NCBI RefSeq assembly: GCF_037042905.1
Contig: NC_087256.1
Location: forward strand, 4,278,001-4,342,000
From: Lytechinus pictus
Taxonomy: Eukaryota
DNA: 64,000 nucleotides
Direction: 5' to 3'
The notes under the pieces were generated by a model that was not told the origin of the DNA, did no database searches, and saw only the letters and a list, made by a program, of their open reading frames with translations. Positions within the stretch are counted from its first letter, which is position 1, and every line of letters starts with the position of its first letter. Both the position numbers and the translations under genes were made by a program. Of this stretch, positions 1-13,177 are shown in pieces.

Positions 1-3000
1 TGTAGTATTAATTTCAGATTCTTGGTACTAAATTTAATGTGTTTTAATTCAATTTCAATGTTAGTCCTACTTAAGAATGGATGAGATAAAGTCATTCATC
101 ATTGATATGAACATGCATGACATTTAATTATTGCTTGAAAAGGAGAATATTTAGTACACTATGTTAAAATTTCACATACATGTAGTTGCTGCATGATGCA
201 TCGCAATATAATGAAATTACATTTGAGGGAGAACGGTACCATAATTACAGAGCTAACATGCCGATAGTACATGGCCCTTGACATGAGCTCAATTTACTCA
301 ACATTCGAACCCAATTTGAGCCTCTGCTCGCCCCAAAGTGAAGTGTGCTGAGTCAGGTCAATTGCAATGTTAGATTCACCGACACTATGTAATTTAGAAA
401 GCATATTTGCCTTGATCCACTTGTAAATAGCAAGAAGATCCCTTTCTCATGCCTTCCTGGTGTGATGGATTTATAAGCTGCTCCGTAAGGACATGATTTT
501 AGCTCTTCTATTTATTTCTTCCACAAAAATCTCTCAATAAGGATGCCTATCTTAATGTAACACTGTACCATGCAAATGGATGAGAAGTTGAAAAGAACAT
601 CTGAAGTAGCAGTATTTCTTGAAAAATATCAAGAACTGGATATTTTGTTTAGCGAAGACCAGTCAGCCTTACTAATCTGAAATTTTATTACCACCAACTG
701 GGGCATAGGATGTAATATCTCAAAAAATTCTGAAAATGAAATAGAGAGGGGAGGAAGGGGGGGGGGGGTCGAGTATTTCAGATACCTTTCACTTTGTCTT
801 TTACTTATTTTGCAGGATTTTTTGTTTACATACATCTTGGTAGAATAAGAAGAATATTAGCATAGTGGCTGCAGATCCCCAGACCCACCCCCAAATATTT
901 GAGGATACCACTCCTGTTGCTTCATTTCCCTGGAGTCACTGCTTAGTCCCTAATGTAAAGTATGCGTAAGCAGCAGGTGGCGCTTTAATTCAGCTATCCA
1001 TTCCCATCGTCCAATCAATCGTGGGTCACGCTTCTTCCTGCTGGGCCACCGCTAACTCGCAAAACAGAGTAACAAAATGATCATGTGACCTTGTCATGTG
1101 ATTAGATTTTACAGAGTCAGTCTCATTTTGTGAGTGTTGCCAAGTGTAGACTTTGGGGTGATTTTCTCAGAAAGTTATGAAAGGTTTAAAATTAGTTACC
1201 TTTTGAAACCAATTCAACCTTTCTAATGTCACAATCACAAAATCAAATTACCTGTTTTAGTCAATTTCAGTCTGTTATGTTTGTCAGTGATACATTATAT
1301 TAAAGAAAGATTAAGTTTAAATTTAATACCCTTACCCTTAAAAATTCGAAGTTTACAACCTTCTCTTGTCCCGCATTTGGAATCTTTTCCCCAAAAAATA
1401 TTCTGAACCGTCCTTCAGAATCATTATGTTTCTACAAGGTACCTTTGTAGGTTCTTTATACAACCTATGGAGTTCTTGATGGTGTGAATAACCCCATAGG
1501 TTGTATAAAGGACCTTTAAGGGTTCCTTATAGAAACAACAACAGTTCTAAAGGACTGTTTAAACCCTTTTTCTGCTTTTTTGAAGATCCAAATACAGGAC
1601 AAGGAAAGGTTCTAATCAGCTCCCTTTTTTCTACAAGTGAAGGGTGAAAGAGAAAACTAGTCATCACTTTTTTTTTATTGTATATAAGGGCAAATTTGCT
1701 CTACTTACACACATAGCATAGATACAGGTATGAATTTACATGAGGAATGTCTATACAACTGGACTTTAAGAAAGATGAAAGCCGCTGTTGGTTTCTTATG
1801 CCTTGTACGCTCTGTATTCATCACACCTTAATTTATCTCTTGGGATGCACTAAATAACTGCCTCCAGCTCAGACTTGTCATCTGGCCATGATTATGCAAT
1901 TTATTACATTTTTATACCTTTCTACATAGACACAGTAACCCTCCTATCATCACATCCATAATTAAAATGGTCATTTCTTCTGCATGTAGATAGCCTATGG
2001 TCTTCTTTGGTGTCTCCTCATCAGCCCTAACCTGTATAGCTGCTGATTCTGATGTAGGAAAGTATCTTGGGTCCAAGAATAAAAACTATTTTTTATATGG
2101 GGGGGGGGGGGGGTAGTGTTCATACCTACACCGCTGTCCTTTCCAAATTACTTTTTCAAATCTATGGGGCAGTTATAATTTACATTCAGAGGGCAATTTA
2201 CCTTAGGCTAGCCTCCATTGATTTTTCCTATTTACAGCCATTATATTCTCTATAAATAGTGAACTATTGGCATTATATAGCCCACTAATTCATAAAAACA
2301 CACCCAGGTTTTGGTTCATGTTAATTGTTTCATGAAAGCAGACCATGTTCATGTACCCAGTTCAGATTATGGCACTGCATCCTCCCGAGGTACATTTAGG
2401 CTCTTTAGCTGGAGTTCATTCCATGATCTTTGCCATATTGTATAAAGTTTACTTTATGATAACTTTGTAATCAAATGCTAACTTTCTTGATTTTGATTTG
2501 CTGTTGAACATAATTGCAATAGTAGTTACCATCACATAGCAAAGTTACTATTATGGTAAGTTTTACACAATGGATAACTTTTCTGTAATTATGGGAAAAA
2601 ATTGCCCCACTTTGGGCTAGTGGGAGTTTTCAAAACAATATTTCAGGGAGGGCATATTAGGATAGAATTTGAGCAATTCAAGTAAACTTGGGCTGATGAC
2701 GATCTACCTTTTCTGAAGGCATGTTGATATCACCTATCATCACGTCAATGCAGAGATAGCCCGGCGGAATTCCAATCATCGCTGTCCTGCGATCATTAAT
2801 TCTCTGCTGTCCAGCAATTCATAAATTAGCTGCTTGATATCCCTTACCGGAAGAGATTTGGTAATTTCTGAAATATGAATTTTGTATTGGCTCTCAGAGC
2901 ATGTAATTCAATATGAAAGCGAAGCTCTGTAATTAAATTCACTTAAAAACCCGTACCTTGGATATACCTCAATGTTGCCTGTAGTTTAAATAATGTTCAG

Positions 3001-5146
3001 TTAACAATATCTTGATGACAACATAATCATCACTTTTGTTTTCTATTCTTATCTTTGTAATTTATCTGCTATATGAATTGCTCTCAAATTTGAATATTGC
3101 TTTTAATTATGGTATTTTCAAACTTGTCAATAATCTCCTATGATGCATGACTTTGAACAGTGAAATCTGAGGACATTAAAAAAGGTGCAATGCAATACAC
3201 CATAAGTAGGAACTGTCCTTAATATTCCCAAGTTGTATGTGCTTGTATGCCGGAAAAATGCCATTCTTATTGCAAAACTTTGGTCATTCTTTTCATCTAA
3301 ATAATGCATTGTTGAGAAGATGAAGAGATAATGAGAAAGATGAAACTGTAAAAATGTTCTCAATTCCGATTTAGATTGACATGTAGATGAAGCCTTGGTA
3401 CACAACGTTATCTTACTTAGATCTGAATGTACTAGGGTCAATATTGGATGTCTTATTCATTTCATCAGTATAATAGGACATCTCAGATAAAGGAGTACTC
3501 TTAATAGTGACAACCTCATTTTGACTGAAATTGTCTCCCATTTAAATTTTACGGCAGATAACTATTCATAGGCATTACAAGATTGCCATTTACATGTTTG
3601 TTACAACTCTGCAATAAATTTTTTCATGAGCAGTCATCAGATTACTTTAATTCTTATATTCCAAGGTTTTAAACAGCCCACCAACGATATGATGTATGCC
3701 AAGGCATTTCTTTTCCTTATAGTAGTTGAAGTTACCAAGACTTCTAAAAGAAACATGAAACTCGCTTTTAAAATCAGATTTCTAAAACATTTATATGAGA
3801 TCCATCTTGTTTCTGGTAAAATTTGTCATGTACTGTTTAGGTCTTTTTCCTCCATATGATCTCATTGGTCAATTAATGTCTGTCTGTTTTAGGCTAAAAC
3901 TGTGTATACTAGCAAATTTTTTCAATAAAAATTGCATCAGGGACGGAATCACAATAGACAGCTTAGAGGTCTTTGTCAAAAATTGGTGAACCTGGACAGC
4001 ACATTCTCCTGAGATTCAGAGCTGACGAAAAATTGCAAATATGTCATTTGTCCAGAGTCCAGGACGACACTGCAGCTGTTTTGATTCACCGATTTTCAAC
4101 AAAAAAGATTTGTCATAAAGGGCTTTGACAATAGTTCCTCTTCTTTCCAGAAAGCGTCTGCCTAGTAATTGCAAAACTTTCTAATAAATATCTTCAAGAA
4201 GAAAAGCAGGAAACCTGCTTCAAAAGTCAAATTTCTATATTGAAGATGGACTCTGTTTGGATAGAATCTGTCATATATGTTTTTGTAAACTCTGTTCCAT
4301 CTTATAGGTCCATCCATCTATAATTGAAACCCCCATCATAGGCCCTCCTATGGCCATCGCTTTAATTGGTGATAATCCTTGAAAGCGAAGGGAAGCGTTG
4401 AGCCTTTCATCTAGATTGCGGAGAATCTTAGTAATCACCTAGGTGTTAATAACACAATTACACCCCTATCACTAGGGACTGCACGAGAATGACGGGTTTT
4501 ATAACATAATGGAAACCTGGAAAGGTTTGGCCACGCTGAGTGTTTACCCGTTGTGTTCAGAACATGCGGTAGAAATGCTTTTGCCAATTTATTTGGAGCA
4601 ATTAAAGCAATGGTCAACAGTTTGCATCCTGTTTCTCTGATAGGAAATAGAAATCAATCTGTTAGTGTATGTTACTTACTGGGATATTGATAGGGGATTT
4701 TAGAGGGCGAGGGCCCTCATATTTTAAAGCATATTTTCTACAACTGAATTGTGATATAATGAATTTACTTTACCCATTGTACTTCATTTTTTCCATTATT
4801 TTGTTTGTATTCCCATAGAGATGTACTCCATCCCAGCAAGTTGATTAAAAACGAAAAGAAAAATAAATCAATCCTACTTTGTAACACTGTGAATTTCATC
4901 AAAATCAGATATAAAAATTCATATTATTATATTAGTTATAAATGTATAACATTTTAGAAGATATATTATATGAGAATTAAACGCTTGATTGAATCATAAT
5001 CACTATATAGTAATAGTTAATCATACATTCAAGGATGAATAAAGCCAGAAAGTTTGAAGTAAAATTCTTCTCGTTCATGAGTTTATTTCATCATCAGTTC
5101 TTTTCATTTGGATGAAATAAATCATCCACACTCACAACAACATTAA

Positions 5147-5742
5147 AAGCCAAGTCCACCCAAGTAAAATGTTGATTTACATAAATAGAGAAAAATCAAA
5201 CTAGCATAACACTGAAAATTTCATCGAAATCGGATGTAAAATAAGAAAGTTATGGCATTTTAAAGTTTCGCTTATTTTTCACAAAACAGTGATATGCCCA
5301 ACTCAGTGGTATGCAAATTAGGCAGTCGATGATGTCCATCACTCACTATTTCTTTTGTTTTTTATTGTTTGAATTATACAATATTTATTTTTTTACAGAT
5401 TTGACCATAGGGACTGACTTGACTGAATCATATAGTATTAAACAATGCTAATTCCACGTGTTCAGGAGGGAATTAGTAACTGTTTCACTTGACAATGAGG
5501 AGAAAATTAGAATATCTCATATAATAAAATACAAAAGAAACAGTGAGTGGATGACGTCATCAGCCTCCTCATTTGCATACCGACCAGGATGTGCATATAA
5601 CTGTTTTGTGAAATTAAGCGAAACTTTAAAATGTCATAACTTTCTTATTTTACATCCGATTTTAATGAAACTTTCAGTGTTATGCTTGTTGGATTTTTCT
5701 CTGTTTATTCAAATCAATTCTTTGTTGGGGTGTACTTGTCCT
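5147..5742. mobile_element. Kolobok-type MITE (TTAA TSD)
   Basis: TTAA on both sides; ~150-bp imperfect TIRs (AAGCCAAGTCCACCC.. / ..GGGTGTACTTGTCCT). Confidence 0.8.
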
Positions 5743-6673
5743 TTAAGTACATGTATACCATGTAGGTGTATATTAGCTAATCTTGTTGATGGAAGTGACC
5801 TATCGCTGTATTGCTTGTGCCCGTTAGCCCCTTTTAATCATTTTAAGCAAATCTGGCTCTTCATTCAATCGTGTGCCGGTCACTTGGGATGGGAAGAATA
5901 AGAAAGGTCAAGTTATTAGCTAATTACTTTGCAGAAGATTAGAAAAAATAGATGATGTAATGATCCAGTCCTATAGACACTCATATCATTTCCTTTTTAT
6001 GATTGCAGGTTAGTTTGAGAGGTCAAGGAGATAAGAATGTGAATTATTACACAAATGATATATTAAATTCTGAATTAAACTTCCTTTAGAATATGAATGG
6101 AAATAATCTTTTCTTTTTCTTTCATTGTATACAACTGTATTTAGAGGTTAAGTATGTTAAGATGATTTTCTTTATGAATAGCAAATTGTATGTAAATGAA
6201 ATCTAAATTCTTACATTTCTTCATGTATATAATAAAAAATGAACAGCAAAAGACTCAGGCTTATATAAAACTTTGTTTAAAATAGGCCTACCTAAATTTA
6301 AAGGGGTTATAATGTATTCTGAAATAGTAAATTAGTGCTGTCAAACTTGAATTGATATCATCACAGATTAGATTTCACTTCTGTAGTGATTATAAGCATG
6401 CGAAATATTGTAAGGCCAGCAATAGCTTATCTAAATTCATTTTTCAATGTCTAATGGAGAAAGAATTGAATTCTCATAGATGGTTGGTAAATGGTACAAT
6501 GATGATAACCTAAGGTTTATTTTTCTTCACTATATTGTATTATGTAAATCCAGGATCGTAGGGGAGTGTGAATTTCATAGTCATCTTCTAAATGATATTT
6601 CATCCGTATTTATGTATATATGTACATTATGTTAGCAATTTAATTGTCTATTTATGATTGTTGTTGTTCTTTC

Positions 6674-6812
6674 NNNNNNNNNNNNNNNNNNNNNNNNNNN
6701 NNNNNNNNNNNNNNNNNNNNNNNNNNNNNNNNNNNNNNNNNNNNNNNNNNNNNNNNNNNNNNNNNNNNNNNNNNNNNNNNNNNNNNNNNNNNNNNNNNNN
6801 NNNNNNNNNNNN
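6674..6812. other. Assembly gap (139 N)
   Basis: Run of N flanked by trinucleotide-like low-complexity sequence. Confidence 0.99.
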
Positions 6813-9175
6813 ATCATGATGACGATGATGATAATGGTGATAAGGAGGCCAAGTAGGAGGGGTAGTGGGAGGTAGAAGCAATTCAGTATTTTGTTGGAAG
6901 GAGGAGAGGGGGCAGAAAATTGTTCATTTTTGTTCTGTAAAAAAACTAACCAGAAAAAAGAAGATATAATCAAAATTTAAGGGGAGAAGGCAATGTCTTC
7001 TCTCCTAAAGTAATTACATTGATGGATTGTTGGGGGTGGGGGTAGATTTGCCACTGGTAGGAGGAGAAACAAGACATGACGATTACTGGTATGATTGATA
7101 ATGCTGCTTCTGATGTTGATGATTCCTTCTCATGTCGTCAATTACCCAATCAATGTCTCCCACTCTCCCTGTCCATTTTTCATCTGATTCATTCATATTT
7201 TTTTTCTAATGCACCTGTTTTCCCCCCAAGACTTCTTGGTGGCTCTGAGAAATGTATCTTCCTTGGCCTGTTTTGGGGCAGGAATGTTGCCCAGTAATGA
7301 TGGTATGATTACCTCTCCCTTGTTCCCGATCTGTTTGGCCTGGACCCTGTTACATAAAACTTGTTATCAATGACAAAACTATACAAGCTACTGAAATTGT
7401 ATAATTTGATTTGTCAAAAGCAGATTTTTTTAAACATTGATAAGAAAGTTTGTGAAATAGGGTCCACCTTTTAATGCTGTCAACTATAGCATGAAAGTTT
7501 GAAATTTTCAATCAATTTTTGCTCTCAATGATTTTTCAATGTTTTGTGTGCCACCTGACCTACAAATTATTTTTTCATCCTTTTTTCTTTTCTTGTAGTG
7601 ATTGTTGATTATGACAACCATTTAAATCTGGCATGCATGCTTCATGCGTATAACACTGGTTTGCTTTAAAATTCATGGATTTTTTTTATAGAAGATTCTT
7701 GAACACAAGAACTACTGTAAATCCAACTGTTGTTCATTCTTTCTTTAAAAATCCTAATGACAATGTGGAATAAATAACCTTTGGAGGTGTGTACATATTT
7801 TTGTATAAAGATATCAAATTTAATGTGTACAGTTTTTTTTTTGTATTGTTAGTCCATGTTTTTGTCTTTGAATTGCAGTTACTTTTAATTGTACATTCCA
7901 TTCTGTCGTTTATCTCACAAAGCAATAATCTCACTAACTTCAATTAAGTTTACGGAAGTATTTTTTTAAATACCCAAGTTATAATTACATACCAGAACCT
8001 TCATTTCTCAGATCATAATTAATAAACAATTTATATAACGGACATTGACAGTAGTCTACTTGGGATGAAGTATGTATTACATGGGCGGTATATATTTTGA
8101 TAGCTACATGTATACTGGTTGGTATTAGAAGAAGTAATATAATATGCCTATATTAAAAAGAAATATTTTGCTGGTACTCTCTGAATTTCCTATAGGTGGT
8201 ATTAATGGTGCTTATACATCATGATAAACTTTAAAGGAGCCAATATTGGTCAAAGGTTTTCATCTCAGAATTGACACTATGCCTGTCTACATTACTGGTT
8301 ATTATTTTGCAGATAAAATAGATTGTTAGGATGAGTTGTAGTGATTTGCAGTATTTTTGGTTTGATTTTTTGTTGTGCATGTTGTACAATAATTAAAGTG
8401 AAATCGATAAACATTAATAAATAATAATTCATAGTCATTCACTTTGCAAAGGTGAAGCCCAATTTAGCCCAGTAGGTAGTAATGCAACTTGCTCAATTAT
8501 TATTTATTTCAAGAAGCATTTCAGTCAAACTCCATTTTCAGTAACAGGTTATCCTCCTTCATTCTCCTGAATATATAAGGTCTTACTTTTCATGTGTCTT
8601 TTGACAAGTAGCTGTCAAAAGAACAAGGATTCATATTTTCCTCAAGTAAAATGCGTCTTGAGCATGTATTTGATTTGATTTCTTGATTTGATTCCCCAGA
8701 CTATATTGTATAATCTGTTATCTATCTATCTATCTATCACTCTGTCTATTCATCTATCTAATCTAATCTATATAATATATATTTGATTCTTCTACCTACC
8801 TTTCTAATATAATGACTATAGAGTGACTGTCGTCTTTTCTTTTTTCCCCCTTTTTTTTCTAATCAGTTTTAATTTCATTACCTACCCACATGTACCTTTT
8901 CCCTCAACCTAATTATAACATATCATTTTTCAAATAAAAAAAACAATGCAAAAAAATGTTCTACTTTTCCCTGTGTTTCTTTAAATGTTTTTTTTGTGTC
9001 TATCGTTGGTTATTTGTATATGATTGTGTCTGTTGTTTTTGGTAGTTGCCTATCCCAGACTTCCTTTTATTGAAGGGACAATTTTGTGAACTGTCAGAAT
9101 ATTTATGAATTTCAGTTTCGTTTCTGTTATTGTTTTAAGGAATTATGTTACTAATTTTTTGTTCTCTTCTTTTAG

Positions 9176-9312
9176 GCACAGAAGTAGAAGATGCATATGG
9201 TGCTCCAAACCTCAATACTAGTGCTAACCAATCAGGTGTAGAGGTCAAGCTGCTATGTGGGGCAGACCTTTTGGAATCCTTTGCTGTACCAGATTTATGG
9301 TCACAGGAAGAT
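9176..9312 (+). CDS. NMNAT: Nicotinamide/nicotinate mononucleotide adenylyltransferase (NMNAT1/3-like), internal exon; upstream exons not identified in window
   Basis: tttag|...|gtgagt exon translating ..[27 protein letters not shown], which contains the [14 protein letters not shown] motif. Confidence 0.93.
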
Positions 9313-10192
9313 GTGAGTTCTTAAATATTTGACATGTTTTACCATAATCTTGATGGAAAGAAGAAGATTTCTTTAAAATTCAACATGTATCATAGAAATG
9401 ATCATTGAATAAATGATGGCCATTTGAAAAAAAAAACTGAAAGGAAATAAATGTTTAAAGGTTATAAAGGATAAAAGGGTATTTGTTCATACTTACAGAG
9501 AGATACATGTTAGAATTGATATAATTCATACTTACCACCCCCTAAAAATAAAGAAGTGAAGGATATATATTATAAAGTACATGTAGATTAATGAATATGC
9601 AAACAAATGTATGAACACACAAGATGAGACACTAGATAAAGAATGATAGTTTGTTAGTTTATTTTAGATCTATAGATGGATATATTTCAGGTTAATTAAT
9701 TGATATGTAGTCAAATAAATGAATAAACTGAATAGATAGGGAGGGAGAGAGAGCGATAGATGTACATGACCTAATCAAATGATAGGAAAACAAATGTATT
9801 AAAATAATGACAAAATGGCAGAAATAATAAAATGTGAATTTAGCCTTTCACTGCATGCCAGGTTCTGCTTCACCAAACAATATGGTCAATCCCCCATCGA
9901 TTTCTCAGAAATGATGTCAGTTGACGCAATGACCATGTGATGTAAATCACCACAAGAGGGAGCTCTACAAGAATTGAGCTATCACTGCATTGTATTTGCT
10001 TTTATACCAGATCATTTGATGGTAGTACAAATTGTAATTGAATGCCACAATTCCATTTTTTCACACTCATGAAAATTTAAATCTAAAAGTATTGTAGCGA
10101 CAGTTGTTATTTAGAATTTTAGTCGCCTGGGCATTGAATCTTGGTGCAATTATTGGTTTGACCTTTTTCTATTGAATGTGATTTGATTACAG

Positions 10193-10294
10193 ATGGAGAC
10201 TATTGTTGGAAAGCATGGTCTAGTGGTTATTACAAGGAGTGGTTCAGACCCGTACAAGTTCATCTATGAATCAGATCTTTTATTCAAATATTCA
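10193..10294 (+). CDS. NMNAT: NMNAT internal exon
   Basis: tacag|METIVGKHGLVVITRSGSDPYKFIYESDLLFKYS|gtgagt, in phase with the previous exon. Confidence 0.93.
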
Positions 10295-10848
10295 GTGAGT
10301 ATTACTTTTTTCTTTATACTTCTCTAATTTTCCTATATTTGAACTTTTGTTTGTTTGTAAAATGCACATCAGATTGTTAGATTATTGTATTTGATCAAGT
10401 AGTTTTCAGTGAAATGACTGTATAGTATGACCTCATAGCCGATAAAAGTTTTTGCTTTATATTGTAGAGCTAGATTCAATTTTCCATCCTGTTAATTCAT
10501 CATTACAGAACCACAAATAACCTTAAGCCATTTGTTCTTAGTGCAAGAACTTACTTTTAGCATTATGATTTTTTTATTCAAATAGATTGCCTTTCTTTCT
10601 ATCCATGCTTGTTTCTCTTTAACATTAAAGCTAATTCTGTATTAGCCAGACAGTACTCCATCAATTTAAATTATTAAGTTTGGTAAGTGAATTAATACAC
10701 CTTGCCTTATATTTCCAATCATGAATGTTTTAGGGTGAACCCTTGCACTTGGGATATCAACAAGGCAGTGACATATTTACATTTGTATTTTGTGGACTGA
10801 ATGCTTTTGATAAATTACATCTTTGTTTATTGTTTAATTTTATTTCAG

Positions 10849-10907
10849 AACAACATTCATATAGTAACAGAATGGATCAGCAATGAAATAAGCTCAACCA
10901 AGATAAG
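10849..10907 (+). CDS. NMNAT: NMNAT internal exon
   Basis: ttcag|NNIHIVTEWISNEISSTKI(R)|gtaag, containing the ISSTKIR nucleotidyltransferase motif. Confidence 0.93.
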
Positions 10908-11129
10908 GTAAGATTTGATTCAGTTCTGTAGTACCTGGAAAAACCATACCAAGGTCTCGTAACAGAAATACTTTCAATATTAGTTGTGAATTTCAAGCAT
11001 TAGTTTTGATTGATAGTTGACAGTGAGGCTGCTGAACAAATTGAACATACAAACAATAATGTAGTTATGTAATTGCCATATTTTCAATGTATTGCAAATC
11101 TTCTTGTTACAGAGTCAAAGAATATTTAA

Positions 11130-12739
11130 AGGAGAATGAAGGTTTTGCATATTTACATTAATAATAATATCAAATATAGAACATTATTACCTACAATTTG
11201 ATGTATCAGGCAGGTCTGTAGGCCCCCAAATAATAAAGTTATTCAACTTTTAAAATTCAATCATCGTCTGCTATGAGATGCGTATTCAGTCTTTAGCAGG
11301 CTGCCATTTTTTCTTGGATTCCAGCGACCCCCAGCGAAGATATGTCAAAATCGTGCTCTACTTGTGAAATGCTCAACCTGTATCCTGTACGTAATTATGT
11401 ATGCCGCAATTAATAGGCATATGATCTTTCGCTAGCATTCAAGATCATGCCGTACTGCCAGGCCTTCGGGTGTACGAACAAAAGTGGAAAAACGAGTGGG
11501 GGATAAACCTTTCATCCTCTTCCAAACCAAGACAGAATCAAGGAACTTTTTCATAAGTGGATTGAGGCGATAAAAATTGAAAAAATTCTTCAAATCATCA
11601 TACAAATACAGGCGGCATCATGTGATTTGTAGTGACCATTTCCAGCCTGATGAAATACTAGGAGGACATGCGCAAAACTTTAAAGTAACAAATGAAGAGA
11701 GCTTACCAATGGTATATGAAATATGATGATGAAATAAAACGCTGAGGTGAAAATCTATAAGTAAAACCCTCAAATTGATCCAGACAGTACGGGAGAGAAT
11801 GAACAATGAAATAGTGTTTGCGGCAGTAGACTAGCAAAACACGCAATCCGCAGCTGAGTATGTGATGGCTTGATGATCAATTTGATGATATGAAAATTCT
11901 GATGTTATTTATGCTCTTAAACAATTCTCGCTACCCCAAATAGCGATTTCGCCGAGATCCGGGAAAATCCCTGTAACGCGCATTGCATTATGGGATAGCT
12001 TTTCGGTATTACAACTTCCTGATCGGAAGTCCAATGCACTGTTTTGCCATTCAGATCAACAGTGCCGTCATGCACAACAACACAACGTCGCTTTCGCTCG
12101 GAAAGTTCGTGATCACAACCCTCTCTTTCACATTTTCATGTGAAATATATTTTTTATTTCTATTTATAATTCAAATGGAATCAAAACTGACCAAATTAGA
12201 TAAAACGTATTATAATCTGTACATATTACGCTGATTGGCATCGATTTCAGCGTGGTGGAAAACTCAGTATCGCGAACCTCGCGCGAGCATAACTCTGAAC
12301 CGGAAGTGGTGATGACGACCCGACGAAGTGAAAATTATCTCGTCTCGCGCATTATGAGATTTTTGTTCCTATTTGGGGTAGCGAGAATTGAAATGTAAAA
12401 TTTAACCATTTGAAAAAAAAAATTATATAAGGATAGGCTAAAAACATTTTTAGTTCATTTGGAAAATACGACTGAAAATATTTTTAAGTGTTGAGTTTAT
12501 CGTATGGTTTTAATAGTGAAAGTAGGCCACAGTATAGCCAATCACACACATAGAGCGCAAAAATGTCACACTCTGGAAGTCCAAACAAAATGGCAGCATA
12601 CAGCTTCACATAAGATTGTAGCACTCGTTTGATTTCAAGTAAGATTTTTTCAAATATGTGAAATAAGACATTACATGTGTTAAGTCAAGTTAAAAGGCTG
12701 TGAGAGGCCCCAAACATGTATTTTAACCTTTATTCTCCT
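11130..12739. mobile_element. Kolobok-type non-autonomous element in last NMNAT intron
   Basis: TTAA|AGGAGAATGAAGG ... CCTTTATTCTCCT|TTAA. Confidence 0.7.
11922..12390. mobile_element. MITE nested in the Kolobok-type element
   Basis: Perfect 22-bp TIR CAATTCTCGCTACCCCAAATAG / CTATTTGGGGTAGCGAGAATTG. Confidence 0.8.
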
Positions 12740-13059
12740 TTAAAATGGAAGATGTAACCCCTTCCTTCTTTTTCTTGTCTCTCTCTCTCTCTCAGTCACT
12801 ATCTATCTATCTATCTGTCTGTCTGACTGTCTGTCTTTCTCTTTCTCTCTCTCTCTCTTTCCTCTTCATTATTTAATGCTAATTTGTGGAAGGGGATTGG
12901 AGTAGGCATTTATGAATGTAAACTGTGTGAAAAAACATTTCGGCTCTGGCAATATTCAATTTTTTTTTCTCAAAGCCATGGTACAAGGTATCATTAAGGA
13001 TTTACATTTTCTGTATCATAATCATTCTAATAATGTTATTTTTTTAATTTATATTTTAG

Positions 13060-13177
13060 GACTGCCCTAAGAAGAGACAAGAGTGTTAAGTATCTCATCC
13101 CTGAACCTGTTGTCAAGTATGTCAAAGAAAATGGACTCTACAAGGAAGCTCCGAAACAGACAGAAAAGAACCAGTGA
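13060..13177 (+). CDS. NMNAT: NMNAT last coding exon
   Basis: tttag|(R)TALRRDKSVKYLIPEPVVKYVKENGLYKEAPKQTEKNQ-TGA, a typical NMNAT C-terminus. Confidence 0.92.

Noticed and set aside
5458-5901. 147-aa ORF
   Set aside because: Lies mostly within a MITE TIR; no recognisable domain.
6632-6973. ORFs containing X runs
   Set aside because: Artefacts of reading through the N gap.
1-9175. Upstream NMNAT exons
   Set aside because: No splice-bounded segment encoding the N-terminal GSFNP/HxxH motifs was recognised; they probably lie before the window.
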